Of a stretch of 64,000 bases of DNA, positions 1 through 13,497 are shown piece by piece; positions within the stretch are counted from its first letter, which is position 1; each line of letters begins with the position of its first letter. A program made the translations under genes and the position numbers. A model generated the notes under the pieces. It searched no databases. It was not told the DNA's origin and worked only from the letters and a program-made list of their open reading frames with translations. The stretch lies in NCBI RefSeq assembly GCF_009914755.1, contig NC_060928.1, one strand, 5' to 3'. This stretch comes from the human T2T-CHM13v2.0 reference genome, Homo sapiens.

Positions 1-714
1 CTTTTTCTGAGTATGGAGAAAACACAAACAGATCACCTCATCAATCAAAGACACCTAGTAGTTTTCAAAATACAGATGAAATCTTCAATGTGAATCATTT
101 GTGTTTAAAAAAATAGCTAAGAGAAAATAATGCATGAAGAGTGAAATAATTTTCAATTATTAAAGAGTTTAATTGCTACTCTGCTCCTTGATAGCTGAGT
201 GACTGATGATTTAATTTCTGAACCTTGGTTTTCTTTATGTCTCTTTTCCACTATGGGTTTCAAATAAGACAACATTTTCTTGAAAGCTAAAAATACTTCA
301 CACACATAGTAAAACGAAGTCAGGGTGTGCTGGTCCTTGAAATGGGGGAGACAGCCAGGAGGAAGAAGAAACAGCCAGTAGAAAAATAGAAGGAAAATGA
401 TGCCAAAATAATTACATATTAGTCTTTTTTTAAGGTTTTACTATTTAACCATTGTTAATGATCTGCCCTGTTTTCATATGCTGTGATCTTAAAACATATA
501 ATAAGATAAACTTGAATGTATCTTTAGTCCAAGGAAGAAAAATTAATTACCTGCTCAAGTACATAAGGTAGCAAGTAGAACTATCAAGTTCTGCACCAAA
601 GTAAGATGATTTCAATGCCTACTCTCTAAGAACTTACACATGAGTAAGAAAGATAAGACAAACTAGATTAAGAGATACACAGCAACATAGGACAAATAGA
701 AATTTAGGAGAAAT

Positions 715-776
715 TCTCTCTCTCTATATGTGTGTGTGTATGTGTGTGTGTGTGTATATATGTATGTATGTATATA
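715..776. repeat. Compound (CT)n/(TG)n/(TATG)n microsatellite
   Basis: Read directly: ctctctctct atatgtgtgtgt... gtatgtatgtatata. Confidence 0.9.
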
Positions 777-1311
777 TTAGGGGTGAAAGGAACTTCTACC
801 CCCTGAGGGTTCAAACATTTGAGTCTATAAAACAAACTGGCAATAGACAGATGAATAGGAGAAAAGGCATATAAATTTGTTAAAATGCAAGCACATGGGA
901 ATCACACAAAGTATGAGACTGAAAGAAGGGCCAGATGGTTGATGCTTACATACTCTCTTCATAAGAATAGGGATGTTGAGGGTGTAGGCAATTGTAGAGG
1001 AAGAGTACATGAGTTTTAGAGGAGGTGAATGAGCCAGAAGAACAGACAATGTATCCTGGGACCAAGTTCCTCTGGCTCTGAGGTGTGGTGACTACTCTAG
1101 TCTGCCTTCCTGCACTGTGTATCAACTTCCTTCCATTGATGAGATATCTTGAGAAGCAATTCACAACCATTGAACATCTCCTGGGGATCTAGCTTTTAGG
1201 CAAGTAGGAGAACTTTAGCGAAAGCTCTTCCCTGCATTTGCAGCTCCGCAGGTGTTCTCAGTTTTAATTCCAAATGGCATATTTTAGGGTATCATTTTCT
1301 GAACCTCAATA
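777..1311 (-). mobile_element. ERV1-class solo LTR, MER34/MER39-like
   Basis: Reverse complement begins ttgaggttcagaaaatgataccctaaaatatgccattt, like the MER34/MER39 5' end (cagaa...ccccaaaatatg). About 530 bp, and similar to the copy at 47309-47841. Confidence 0.6.
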
Positions 1312-1594
1312 ATACATAATTTATATTTGATTATTATTTACTATCATACATTGAGCATATATTATCTCATGAGGTTGTATATTTTTATATGTTCTAGGGA
1401 AAAATATAAAGGTGGGCAAAGACATAGGAGAGAAATGGATATGAGTGAAGAAAGACTGAGAAAATCGGAAGCCAAATTTGCAGCCCAGATTCTTGATTTA
1501 TTCTAGTGCCGAATGAGAGATATTTGCAACTTTTTCATTAGGACTTTACAAACTGCTGCTAGTACTAAAACCACCACCACTACCACCACTGCAG

Positions 1595-1775
1595 ATTAGA
1601 AAATGATCACTGTGTGCGGGCTCTTTGCTAATCATTGCTCCCCATCATCTCATTTAAGACTGATAACCCCATCTACAGGTGAGCCATCTTAGTGTCAGTA
1701 ACAACCAACCAGGAAGGGGTAGAACAGAGATGTAAATTCACACCTGGCTGACTCCAAAATCCATGCTCTTAACCT
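1595..1775 (-). mobile_element. MIR SINE fragment
   Basis: atcatctcatttaa and ctggctgactccaaaatccatgctcttaacc match antisense MIR. Confidence 0.65.
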
Positions 1776-2249
1776 CCACACAATTCTCTCACCTTTCAAG
1801 TTAAAAGCATTTTTACAAAGAAAAGGTTAAATACGTAAGTTTGTAAAATATCATATTTCCATTTCACATGCAGAAGTTAGGTTTAGATAATCATGATAGA
1901 AAAGAACACACTGCCTCGATTTTTCATACGTTGACCAATTTTGACTTTAAACTCAAAATTGAGTTCAGGGATATTGTCATGTCTTTTGTATCTCTGTGCT
2001 TTTTTGGCCTGAAGTAAGGTGACTGTCATTCAGTAAATTATTGTAAAATATTTAAATAAATATATGAGTTTCACATATTTCTTTTCTTTTACTTTCATTT
2101 ATCATATTGCCATATAAAATTTAATATTTTAAAGATAATATTGGTATATTTTTGAATTGGTAATATTTTGCTTTCTGATGAAATCCTCAAGCTTGCCAGT
2201 TTGAGACAGAAATGCAAAAAAAGGGACATTTTAATGTTTTTCTTACATT

Positions 2250-2375
2250 GTAGAGTCAAGAACACTGGTTTGAGATTAGCACACCTAAATTTCAGTCCCC
2301 GTTCTTAAGGTTGCTAACGATCGATCCTAAAGCAGAGCCCTGAAGGTCTTTGAGCTTGGGTGTTCTCATTTATAA
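2250..2375 (+). mobile_element. Degenerate MIR fragment at the L1 insertion site
   Basis: tctttgagcttgggtgttctcatttataa resembles the MIR core ctctgagcctcagtttcctcatctgtaaa. Confidence 0.4.
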
Positions 2376-2388
2376 TTGCTAGAACCTT

Positions 2389-3880
2389 TGATTTGCATTT
2401 CCCTGATCATTAGTGATGTTGAGCATTTTTCCATATGTTTGTTGGCCATTTGTATATCTTCTTTTGAGAATTGTCTATTCATGTCCTCAGCCCACTTTTT
2501 GGTGGGATCGTTTGTTTTTTTCTTGCTAATTTGTTTGAGTTTGTTGTAGATTCTGTATATTAGTCCTTGTCAGATGTATAGATTGTGAAGATTTTCTCCC
2601 ACTCTGTGGGTTGTCTGTTTACTCTGCTGACTGTTCCTTTTGCCAGGCAAAATCTCTTTAGTTTAATTAAGTCCCAGCTATTTATCTTATTTTTCTTGCA
2701 TTTGCTTTTGGGTTCTTGGCCATGAAATCCTTGCCTAAGCCAATGTCTAGAAGGGTTTTCCAATGTTATCTTCTAGAATTTTTATAGTTTCAGGTCTTAG
2801 ATTTAAGTTCTTGATCCATCTTGAGTTGATTTTTATATAAGGTGAGAGATGAGGATCCAATTTCATTCTCCTACATATGACTTGCCAATTATCCCAGCAC
2901 CATTTGTTGAATAGGGTGTCCTTTCCCCACTTGATGTTCTGGTTTGCTTTGCCGATCAGTTGGCTGTAAGTATTTGGTTTTATTTGTGGGTTCTCTATTC
3001 TGTTCTATTGGCCTATGTGCCTATTTTCATACCAGTACCATGCTGTTTTGGTGAGTATGGCCTTATAGTATAGTTTGAAATCAGGTAATGTGATGCCTTC
3101 AGATTTGTTCTTTTTGCCTAGTCTTGCTTTGGCTACACAGGCTCTTTTTTGGTTCCATATTATTTTCAGGATCTTTTATAGTTTCTGTGAAGAATGATGG
3201 TGGTAATTCGATGGTAGCTGCGTTAATTTGTAGATTGCTTTTGGGAGTATGGTCATTTTCACAATATTGATCCTACCTATCCATGAGCATGGGATGTGTT
3301 TCCATTTGTTTGTATTGTCTATGATTTCTTTCAGTAGTGTTTTGTAGTTTCCCTTGTAGAGGTCTTTCAATTCCTTGGTTAGGTACATTCTTAAGTTATT
3401 TATTTATTTATTTATTTATTTGTAGCTATTGTAAAAGGGGTTGAGTTCTTGATTTGATTCTCAGCTTGGTGCTGTTGGTATATAGAAGAGCTACTGATTT
3501 GTGTACATTAATGTTTTATCCAGAAACTTTGCTGAATTATTTTATCAGTTGTAGGAGCTTTCTGGAGGAGTTTTTAAGGTTTTCTCTGTATACAATCATA
3601 TCATCAGCAAACAGCAACAGTTTGAATTCCTCTTTACCGATTTGGATGCACTTTATTTCTTTCTCTTGTCTGATTGCTCTGGCTTGGACTTCCAGTACTA
3701 TGTTGAAGAGAAGTGGTGAGAGTGGGCATCTTTGTCTTGTTCCAGGTCTCAGAGAGAATGCTTTCAACTTTTCCCCATTCAGTGTTATGTTGGCTGTGGG
3801 TTTGTCATAGATGGCTTTTGTTACATTGAAGTATGTCCCTTGTATGCTGATTTTGCTGAGAGTTTTAATCGTAAAGGATG
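2389..3880 (-). mobile_element. L1PB-type LINE-1, inverted 5' segment (ORF2 RT to C-terminal region, inactivated)
   Basis: Minus-strand ORFs carry ORF2p peptides: [11 protein letters not shown]...[16 protein letters not shown]...LFADDMIVY (RT motif), [28 protein letters not shown] and [11 protein letters not shown]...[13 protein letters not shown]. Confidence 0.95.
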
Positions 3881-4600
3881 ATATCACCTTATTCCTGCAA
3901 GAATGGCCATAATAAAAAATCAAAAAATAATAGACATTGGTGTGGATGCAGTGAACAGGGAACACTTCTACACTGCTGGTGGGAATGTAAACTAGTACAA
4001 CCACTATGGAAAACAGTGTGGATATTCCGTAAAAAACTAAAACTAAAACTATCATTTGATCCAGCAATCCGACTTCTGGGTATCTACCCAGAGGAAAAGA
4101 AGTCATTATGTGAAAAAGATACTTGCACATGCATGTTTATAGCAGCACAATTTGCAATTGCAAAATTGTGAAACCACCCAAAATGCCCATCAATCAACGA
4201 GTGGCTAAAAACTGTAGTATAAATATATACGATGGAATACTACTTAGCCATAACAAGGAATTAATTAATGGCATTTGCAGTGACCTGAAAGAGATTGGAG
4301 ACTATTATTCTAAGTGAAGTAACTTGGGAATGGAAAAGCAAACATCGTATGTTCTCACTCATAAGTGGGAGCTAAGCTGTGGGGATGCAAAGGCATAAGA
4401 ATGACACAGTGGACTTTGAGGACTTAATGGAAAAGAGTGGGAAGGGGCCGAGGGATAAAAGACTGCAAATATGGTGCAGTGTATACTGCTCGGGTGATGA
4501 ATGCACCAAAATCTCACAAATCACCACTAAAGAACTTACTCATGTAACCAAATACCAGCTGTTCCCCAATAACCTATGGAAATAAAAAACTTTTTAAAAA
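3881..4600 (+). mobile_element. L1PB-type LINE-1, 3' segment (ORF2 end, 3'UTR, A tail)
   Basis: [21 protein letters not shown]...[16 protein letters not shown] is the ORF2p cysteine-rich end. The 3'UTR aaaatctcacaaatcaccactaaagaacttactcatgtaacc is L1PB-type, followed by aataaa and an A tail. Degenerate TSD at 2372-2388 and 4598-4614. Confidence 0.95.
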
Positions 4601-5434
4601 AATGGTAGAACCTTACAGTGTAAGCTCCCTCATTGAAAGGCATGTAATACCTGTACCCTGCCTGGCCCACAGCATGTATCCAATATACAGCAGTTAACTT
4701 TTCTTTCCTGCTCTCTCCCTCCTTTTACCTCAAAGAGTTTTTAAGTAATTAAAAGAAAGATCACTCTAATTTTTAAAAAAACATTTGGAAGTGTAATCTA
4801 GGTAGCAATTTATCACAAAAACTTTAAAATAATTTATTTTTACTCTATTAAGTCTTCCATTAGGCTACAACTTGTCAATACAGCAAAGTTTCCTACTTCT
4901 CCTGATGACAGACATATTTAATCCTTTTAGTATAATGTGCTACAATGAGGTTCATAAAACTTTGAGTTTTAAAATGATTGATATACCTCCTAAAATGACC
5001 TCCTGCCCATGCTCCTTGCCAAAAAATTGATTAAATTCACATATTACATTTTTTCTAACCCTCGAAAGTAATAGGAATCATAAAATAATAATTTATAAAG
5101 AAAACCTGTAGGTCTAATTCTCTTTTTTTAAACTAGATTATATTCTAAATATTTATTAGGCAATTTCCTGGGGTTAAAAAACATACAGAGAAACTTAGAT
5201 TTTTAGACTATCAAAAATAATCTGCTTCAACTTTAAATTGGTACAGTCAAATTTAAAAATAATTACAGCATTAAACAATATTCCTTTTCCAGACTCTTCC
5301 CTCTGTCATAACACAGGAATTTTGGCTTCCATCTATCCAATCCTTATGGTAATTTTAAGTTGTCAGCATGTTAAACTATTAAGTTGAAACAATAATTCTT
5401 TATTTTTTTAAACTAATATTCTGTCTAAATTGCT

Positions 5435-6100
5435 TCAGAGCTTCAAACTCAACATGTTTAAAAGAAACCTCTCAGTCATTCAATATTTAGTTTCCTAAGT
5501 AATTTTCCTTCTAGGCAGAAAAGTAATTGGTCTCAGAAGCTGATTTTGTTCTCCCTTCTTTGCACTGGCTGCCAGAAAGCTCAGAACCAAATGTGCGGTT
5601 AATGTATATGACCTAGAGTACGCATGTTGTTTATCAACCTCACTCCAAGCTTCCTGCTATTTTTCCTGTACTTATATTCTAATTTCCTTACTTGTCTTAC
5701 TTTGCAAATTTTGTAATTATATTCTGTATTTATATGTTATATTAAATTGCTTAATTTTTTAAGTTGGGTATAAATACACTCAAAAATAAATTAATTCCAC
5801 TAAAGTTGACACTCCCTGCATTGTTCAGCTCAGTGCCTCTAAAGACATGATCCCCTTGTCATCCTTGACCTTACCTTTTCTTCATTCCCACATTCAGTGG
5901 TTGATAAAATCCTGGAGTTTCTAACACTTAACTCTCTCTAAAAGCCTTCTTTTCTCTTTAGTGGTACCATCATTGTCTTAGTTTGGAAATTCAATTGCTT
6001 CTGCCTTGGTCTCTCAGATATTGTCTCATCGCTTCAAAACATCTTTTATACTGTTGCCAAAAATGGTTTTTGAAAAAAATGCAAGTCTGACTACACATGC
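5435..6100 (+). mobile_element. L2 LINE fragments (interrupted)
   Basis: cttcaaactcaacatgt and atactgttgccaaaatggtttttgaaaaaaatgcaagtctga resemble the L2 3' region. Confidence 0.45.
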
Positions 6101-6902
6101 CACAGTTAAAATCACAAGAAAGTAACATAGTCACAAATAGGGTGTACTGCTTGGCTCTTATTTTTGCTGAATCTGTGACTCGTGTTTACCATCAGCCATG
6201 TGTTCTCTTATAAATAGGTATTTGTAAGAAAAACTATTAGGCTTGCTTTTGTAAAAGCTAAAATGCACAAAACAGGATTTTATTAGCCTGCCGCAATAAG
6301 GAGAACATTTATTAATTCAGAGAATCTCAAAAAAAAAAAAAAAAGGGGGTAGGGGAAGGGGCTGAAAAGGCAGAGGGCTGCAGTTTTATAGAGGCAGATA
6401 GACAAGAGGATCATCCAGAGTCGTAATGGAGTCATGGAGAAGAATGGAGACGCCTCTCATGGAAGCCACTGAGGAAGGGCAGAGCTGGGAATATGCTAGA
6501 CCAGAGCATGCCCTGACAGCCATTTCTGGGAACACAAAGGCGTGGAGGTATTTTGGGAAGGGAAGGAAGGACGGGGAGATATCATAACCATCACTGTTTT
6601 CCAGGAACACGGGGTTCATGTAAAGTTGGATATTGTCATTATTCATCCATCTTGTGAAATTGAATGTCCTCACATTTCTTTTAAAACTGCACAGAAATGA
6701 AAACAGAAAGAAATGGCAATTTCCTAAATGTCCCCTGTTGTTCCCCTCGCACAGCCTTATATAAGTGGTACATTTTCATCTTAAGGGGAAGGCCGAATAT
6801 ACAGAGATATCTATAAGATCACTTTCAGAATCGCCAGTGAAGGGAAGAAGAGGGAGTGGTCCCAGGAAGTTGATTTACTCAAGGGACACCCTCTTCACCC
6901 CA

Positions 6903-6918
6903 ACGCCAGGTGGCGCTG
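6903..6918 (+). promoter_or_regulatory. CTCF-like motif
   Basis: acgccaggtggcgctg closely matches the core CC(A/G)(C/G)(C/T)AG(A/G)(G/T)GGCGC and retains two CpGs. Motif match only. Confidence 0.4.
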
Positions 6919-7699
6919 ATGGAAATGGCTAGCAGGCCACACTTTGAGAAACCCTGGCCCAGAATATCATCTATCTTAACCTTTGCTGTAATTGAAATTT
7001 TCCTTTTACCTCTCACTTAATAATCATGAGCACTATGAATCCCTGTAACTCAGGCAAGAAGAAAGAATTCTCCACTGCTGATGGAGCTATTGTTTCAGAT
7101 CATACCATTGATTAGGGATCAGGAGTCGTTTAGTAAGCCTCTGGTTTCCAAAGTAGCTTAAGCTCTAATTTCATAGACATTAAATCATCCTGGATTCCTC
7201 CCTCTTAATGGCATGTTGGCAGAGCAGTTATAGCTCACTAGAGAGCAGGCTTGCCTCAGCTGTTACTGCCTCAGCCAGGTGGTCAGAGGAAAAATGAATT
7301 TGCTTACCTGGGAAAACAGGTTGCCTATAAATCAAAAGAGGTCAAGTTATGTCCACCAGATGGAGGTTTTAAAATCTTAATGTGTAAGTTAAGATATAAT
7401 GGATTACAGGAGGTGAGATTTTAGTAAGGTTGAATCATTTTGTTGCCTTCTGGGATGGAGGGGGAGCGAAAGGTTACTGTTACAGTGAACAAGAATGAAG
7501 TCAGATTTTCATCCGAGGTTACCTAATTACCAAGGATGTGATTCTGACTCATTAATTTTCAAAATCATATCTAATTATTGGTATGGCTTACTGAGGCTCA
7601 AAAATGTGTTTTCTAAGTGTATAGTATCTTTTCCATAAGTACTAGATTTAGGCATGTTATAAATATTGTGGTTTAAGAGGACTCTAAACAGTCAAGAAA

Positions 7700-7770
7700 T
7701 CTCTCTCTCTGTTTCTGTCTCTCTCTATCTCTCTCTGTCTCTGTCTCCCTCTTCTTTCTGTCTCTTTCTT
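7700..7770. repeat. Imperfect (CT)n polypyrimidine repeat
   Basis: Read directly from the sequence. Confidence 0.85.
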
Positions 7771-10033
7771 GTCTGCTAGTTCTTCAGCCCTGGAAATGTA
7801 AAATGAAGGGTTACAGAAAACAAGAAGAATCTGTCAGTTTTCTCTTTCGGGGCAATTAAAAAATTGATATATTATTTAACATAAAGCTTTGATGGTAACT
7901 GTGGATATCATTTATCCATATTATCTCACTAGAGTTAACTGTAGGAACACATTTAGCCATGAATGACTTTTTACTCTGAAAGAGTAAAGTCACAAGGGAA
8001 GCAGAAACAGTCCATGAGTGACAAAGGATATTATCAAAAATGCTTATTTATTCCAGTGTGTGAATATGGTATGTGTACAAAACAAATAATTTTGAATTAT
8101 TTTAAAGGTTTATCCCAGCTGGGAATTATGCATCTCTTATTCCGTAACTTGGCCTTTTTTGTCTTGAAATTTCAATGGTATACTTGTTTCTCACCACCTT
8201 TTTTAGAAAAGTGTAAAAACTTACATAATAACACTTGTCTCCTGACATACTGGAGATGTTTCCCATTTGACTCTCTGCTGTTAACCGATGAGCTTAACAT
8301 CTTGCTACCCTGAGATGCCCAGCAGAGAACATGACTTTTTTGTAGGGGAAAGTACACTTGAGTATGTGGGTCTTTCAGTACGCAGATTCCTCATAGGTCT
8401 CTTCACGTAAGTTCTTCTTTCCCTAACTTAAATCCTTAGCTACCTTTAAAATATCACACATTTGTATTTCAGACCTTTGTTGAGATGTTTTTCTTTTGAC
8501 TTACAACTTTAAAGTTCTTCCACATAAAATAGTCTATTTTAAAAAATTTAAATTTTTGAAACATATTAAATCATTTGATAGATACTATTACCCTTAATGG
8601 GAAGGAAAGAAATAATACACACCTTTAATTTTCTTTAGTAAAGTGAATTTTAATGAGAACAATGGAAATGGGAATTGTGATTCTAGGTGTGACTCATATT
8701 TTGACACAGGTTTCTGACTTGAAGTCATTTAATCATATGTACTTTTAATTCATGTGGATTAGGGTTAAAATTCATTTCTTTAGCTTATTTTTAAGTAGTT
8801 ATAAAAGTGAAGGTGAACTTTTATTTTTATTTAGATTGAAATTATTATTTTCCGTTATATTTTCAGACTTTTAAACTAAGCATGAAGTCCCTCTACTTTT
8901 CTATGTTCTCATCTTAGTTCTATGGGCATCAGAGCTGAATTGATTTGTAGAAAGTTCCTTAAGCAGACCGATATTATTCCTGCAAAGTAAATCCATATTA
9001 ATATAGATAACGAGGTATGTAAAGAGATGGATTTAGTTCTCAGTATTATGCTTGAAGTGAGTCGACCTCGGAAAAATTGAACATGAATGCTTCACCTCAA
9101 TGAGAATGGTTGTCTGCGCAGTATATACAATTTTTAGTCAGCTATGTAGGTCCATATCTATGACCCAGAAAATATATGTACCAGCTCATTTGCCTGATTC
9201 TTTGATATTCTGTGAACATGCTGAGCCAAAGATGAGGACATGTTCTATCCATAATAGTCCATTTGCAAATAAATGCACAGGCTTGTTATGGGAAACATCA
9301 TTTGTTGCCTTGCTTGCTTTGGGAAGCACCATTTGTTGCCTTAGCAAACAACAAATGATGTTTCCTGCCTTTGAGTTTCCAGTTACATTACTGGAATAAG
9401 CCATTGGCACAATCAGAAATATGCTTTCGCTACTCTGTATTTTCTTTCTACAAGAATTTAGAGAATTCAAGGACAACAAATGATATGATTCCTCATTCAA
9501 CAGCTCAGTAAAGCATGTCCTTAGCATATGCCTTTGAAACTGAAGAGATAAAATCGGGAAAATTAAATTTACTTGTATGAATTATTTCTTAAAATATATA
9601 AAAATAATTGGCAATCCAAGTATAATTTTTAAATACTGCCACTGAGACTACTACAACTATTCCCATTTCAGTATCTCTTGTTTTGATGAGCAGTAGGACA
9701 AGCTCTTCAGTTGATGATGTTTTTCCATACTAAAAAAAATGTGTATGTTTCCTTTGTCATGTTTGACATATATGATCCATTCTGCCAATAGTTTCAGCAT
9801 CCTCGCCACTGTAAATGATCATTTCATTGGAGTAAGTAAAGGGAAATCACCAGACCTTGAAAGACAAACCTATTGAACAGTATTTTGATTAGTATACTGA
9901 TTTTCTATTGTAGAAATGAACAATGAATATTTGTTGTAGAAATAAGAATAAATGATTATATGCATTTTTCTGATTAGAATATAAAAGAATGTAATTAAAG
10001 GATTTACCAATATAACAAACAGACAAACATGGG

Positions 10034-10298
10034 TGCTATGGTTTGAATATGGGTTATCCCCACCAAAACTTTTGTTGAGGCTTGGTCTCCAATTGAGCAG
10101 TATTCATAGGTGGTACTTTTGAGAGGTGATTAGGTCATTAAGATGCATCAATGACTTTCTGGTGAAACTAGGTTAGTTCTCAAGGGAAGGGTTTCGTTAT
10201 CACAGGAGCAAATTAGTCAGCTAAATAAATCTCTTTCTTTTATAAATTACTCAATTGCAGATATTCTCTTACAGTGACAGAAAACAGCCTACCATACA
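10034..10298 (+). mobile_element. MaLR solo LTR (MST/MLT1A-like), internally deleted
   Basis: Starts tgctatggtttgaatatg; ends with aaataaatctctttcttttataaattactca...ataca. At about 265 bp it is shorter than a full LTR. Confidence 0.8.
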
Positions 10299-10379
10299 TC
10301 ATAACGCAAGTCTGTTGAGGCTGGTGAAACAAAATCTGGTGATTATATCACATTAATTTTTGATGATGCTAATATTGGT

Positions 10380-10510
10380 GATAATAATGACAGCAAGCAC
10401 ACATAGCAATTTGTTATTTGGTAGGGATTCTTCTAAGCATTTATATATAAACTAATTTAGTTACCAAAATTATCCTAAGAGGCAGGTACCATTATTGTTT
10501 CTATTTTGTG
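10380..10510 (-). mobile_element. MIR fragment
   Basis: ttctaagcatttata...atcctaagaggcaggtaccattattgtttctatttt. Confidence 0.6.
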
Positions 10511-12458
10511 TTTGGAAAAAAAAGCTATAATGCATAGTTAACAACCAGCAGCAATGATGTTTTGAAAGGACCAGCTCTCACATCCAGCTCTTATTGTGTG
10601 CACCTCTATTTTGAAATCAATCTACTTCTAGACTTACTGTAAAACTCAGTCTTAGCTATGATGTCCATGGCTAGTAAAATTTAAACTTGGAATATGTTTA
10701 AATGTAAGGCTGTTGGTTGAGTAATTGCAGATTATCACCACCCAGTGAGCACCTGTTGATTTGAATACCTACTGAATTGGCTGTGCTGAAGTATAACTGT
10801 GGCCTAAAGGTCTAGCCTTTTAAACTTCCTCCTTGTCGTTCTTAAGATACTCATCCTGATAAGCATAGTCCTCTGAAACGAATCCTACATTCAGTTTGTA
10901 ACTCCTTCCAAGCAGCTCAGTTCTGGATCTGCTCTTTTAGACCCCCTTTTCTTTTCTGCAGGAAGAACAAAAGAGATTTTAGAGACAGTCCTTATGAAGA
11001 GCTGCTAGACAAGCGAACCATTTCCGCAGCACAGACTCAGACTTCGAGATTCCCTTTCCCGGGTATAATATATCAAGCCATGTCAACAACTAGAGAAAAT
11101 GGATACTTCACAGTAAAAGCAAATTTTTAAAGACAATGAAAAGCTATAGAAGCAACAAAGACTAGAGGAAATGACACTCCAAAAGGAAAGAGCCTTTACT
11201 ATGTGACCTGCGAGTTGATAGTTATTTTCTTTCCTGAGGGCATTTGCAGATTCAAGGTATGGGTCAAAGATGGGGTCTGGTCTAGGCAAACATAGACAAA
11301 ACACTGGAACCTTTGGTGGTCCAGTGGGTTGTTGTGATGGAGAATAATCTAAAGGACTTGCAAACAAAAAGCCAGTTTCTCCCAGGAAGCATTTGCTGTG
11401 TTCTGGATTGGAAGGAGAGGATGAGGAACTCCAGCAGTAATTAGAAAACAACATCCTATTGAGGTGACCTGACACAAACATGCCCCAGGTTCCCTGTTAA
11501 GACTCCAGAAATTTGAAGCTGTGTGAGGTATTAGCCAAAAGAGCTAAATTCAAAATTCTGAAGGCATGACTTAATCTCCTGTAGTCTTTCAGAGTTCAGT
11601 GGACGAGAATCTACTTGCCTCTCAATCAAAGGTCTGGGAGGCCACGTCTGAGGAATGGGAATGAAGCAGACATGGATTGAGTTAAACTAAATCAATAAAA
11701 GCCCAAGCCAGGATCCATCCTTGGGATTGAGGTGTCTAAGTTCTGCATCTCTAACAGAGAAAAGTATAACCCTCTGGGGGAATGGCGGGATAGCATCATC
11801 TGGACTAATAATCAAGACAAATAAAAGCACACCCACAGATTATTCAGAAACTGGAATTAGCAGGCAAGGACATTATCCATTATCAATATTAATTAAATAA
11901 AATGGTACAGAAGATAGGCAAGATAGATGAAATCTTAAGAGTTTTGAAAGATATTTGAAATCTATAAAAATTAATATATGTCATTGATGAGAAACATGTT
12001 ACCTACAATGAGATCCCTTGAAATTGTCTAAACTCTAATAACAAGATTGTGGGATATTGGAGAGATTGAGAAACTGGGAGAAAGGAGATCAATATCTGTG
12101 AAACACCCAATATGTGCTAGACATATGCCAAGAACATTACGTATGTCATATCCCTTAATTCTTCTATAAAGTAGTTATTATTATTCCTACTTTATAGATG
12201 AGAACTGTGCAGGAAGTGTTCAATATAACAAAGCAAGGGAACATACAAACTCCTATGTGATCATTTTCACATGTCCACAGCCTCCTAGCATGGGGCAAAG
12301 TTGTAAATGAACACATACCACTGAAGGCTCACACCATCATGAGCTTGCAGTAGCAATGTCCTAGGAGCTACCTGAAAGCTTCTGGGTACACATAGCTAAA
12401 CTACGATACTCCTTACCCACAGATTTTGGCATGCCCCTTAAGAAGGCTAGAGGTGTTT

Positions 12459-12785
<327 letters not shown>

Positions 12786-13261
12786 TTAATCAGGACTGGA
12801 AAATAACTAATTTTATTTTATGGTTTTACTTTTTTATGCTTATTAAGATGAATTGAATCATGAAGTATAAAATGAGCTACATGATTAGAACCACTCCAAG
12901 AGTTGAAGACTGTAAATCTTATTTTTAAGGACTTCCTGTGTAGTACCAGCTCTGTTATTGATGGTGGGTTTTGTACACATGCCTGATCTTTGAGTTGCTA
13001 AAAAATACCACTGGAAACTGCATTCCCAGGAACAATGGAATCCCTGGCGAAGTGTTTCCTCCCTGAAGAATGGTAAAATGTCAAACAGACAAAAGTAGGA
13101 AAAATTATGTCTCCAGACAGATGCATTGCCACTGTAACTTCAGAATGAACTATTTTGTACTGTACACAACGTCTGCTATCCATCAATTATTCTATAAAAA
13201 TACCATTTTGATAAAGAAAAAATATCTTAATTATTCACTGATCTTTCCTATCCAGAATGAC

Positions 13262-13497
13262 TAATGACAATAATAACAGAAAATCTGCCCATTCTGAGCA
13301 CCTGCAAGGCAGGCACTTTACATACGTATCTCTTATTTCATCCTATTCCTATTCTCATTTTAGAGTTGAAAAGAAACAGGTTTATAAACAGAATGAAAAA
13401 TTTTCTTGAAGAAACTCAGACATTAGTAGAAAAATCTGGATTTAAACCCAATTTTATCTGAGGCCAAAACCCTTCTTTTTCACTCTGGGAGACTGCC
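13262..13497 (-). mobile_element. MIR
   Basis: ctgagcacctgcaaggcaggcactttacatac...attctcattttagag...ggatttaaaccca. Confidence 0.65.

Noticed and set aside
3537-4130. Longest ORF (197 aa), containing an RT-like FADD motif
   Set aside because: It is a chimera of antisense L1 and an ORF2 fragment read across the inversion junction, not a gene or a novel reverse transcriptase system.
6222-6673. Possible old LTR and the 95-aa ORF at 6386-6673
   Set aside because: It looks LTR-like but I cannot assign a family, and the ORF has no recognisable homology.
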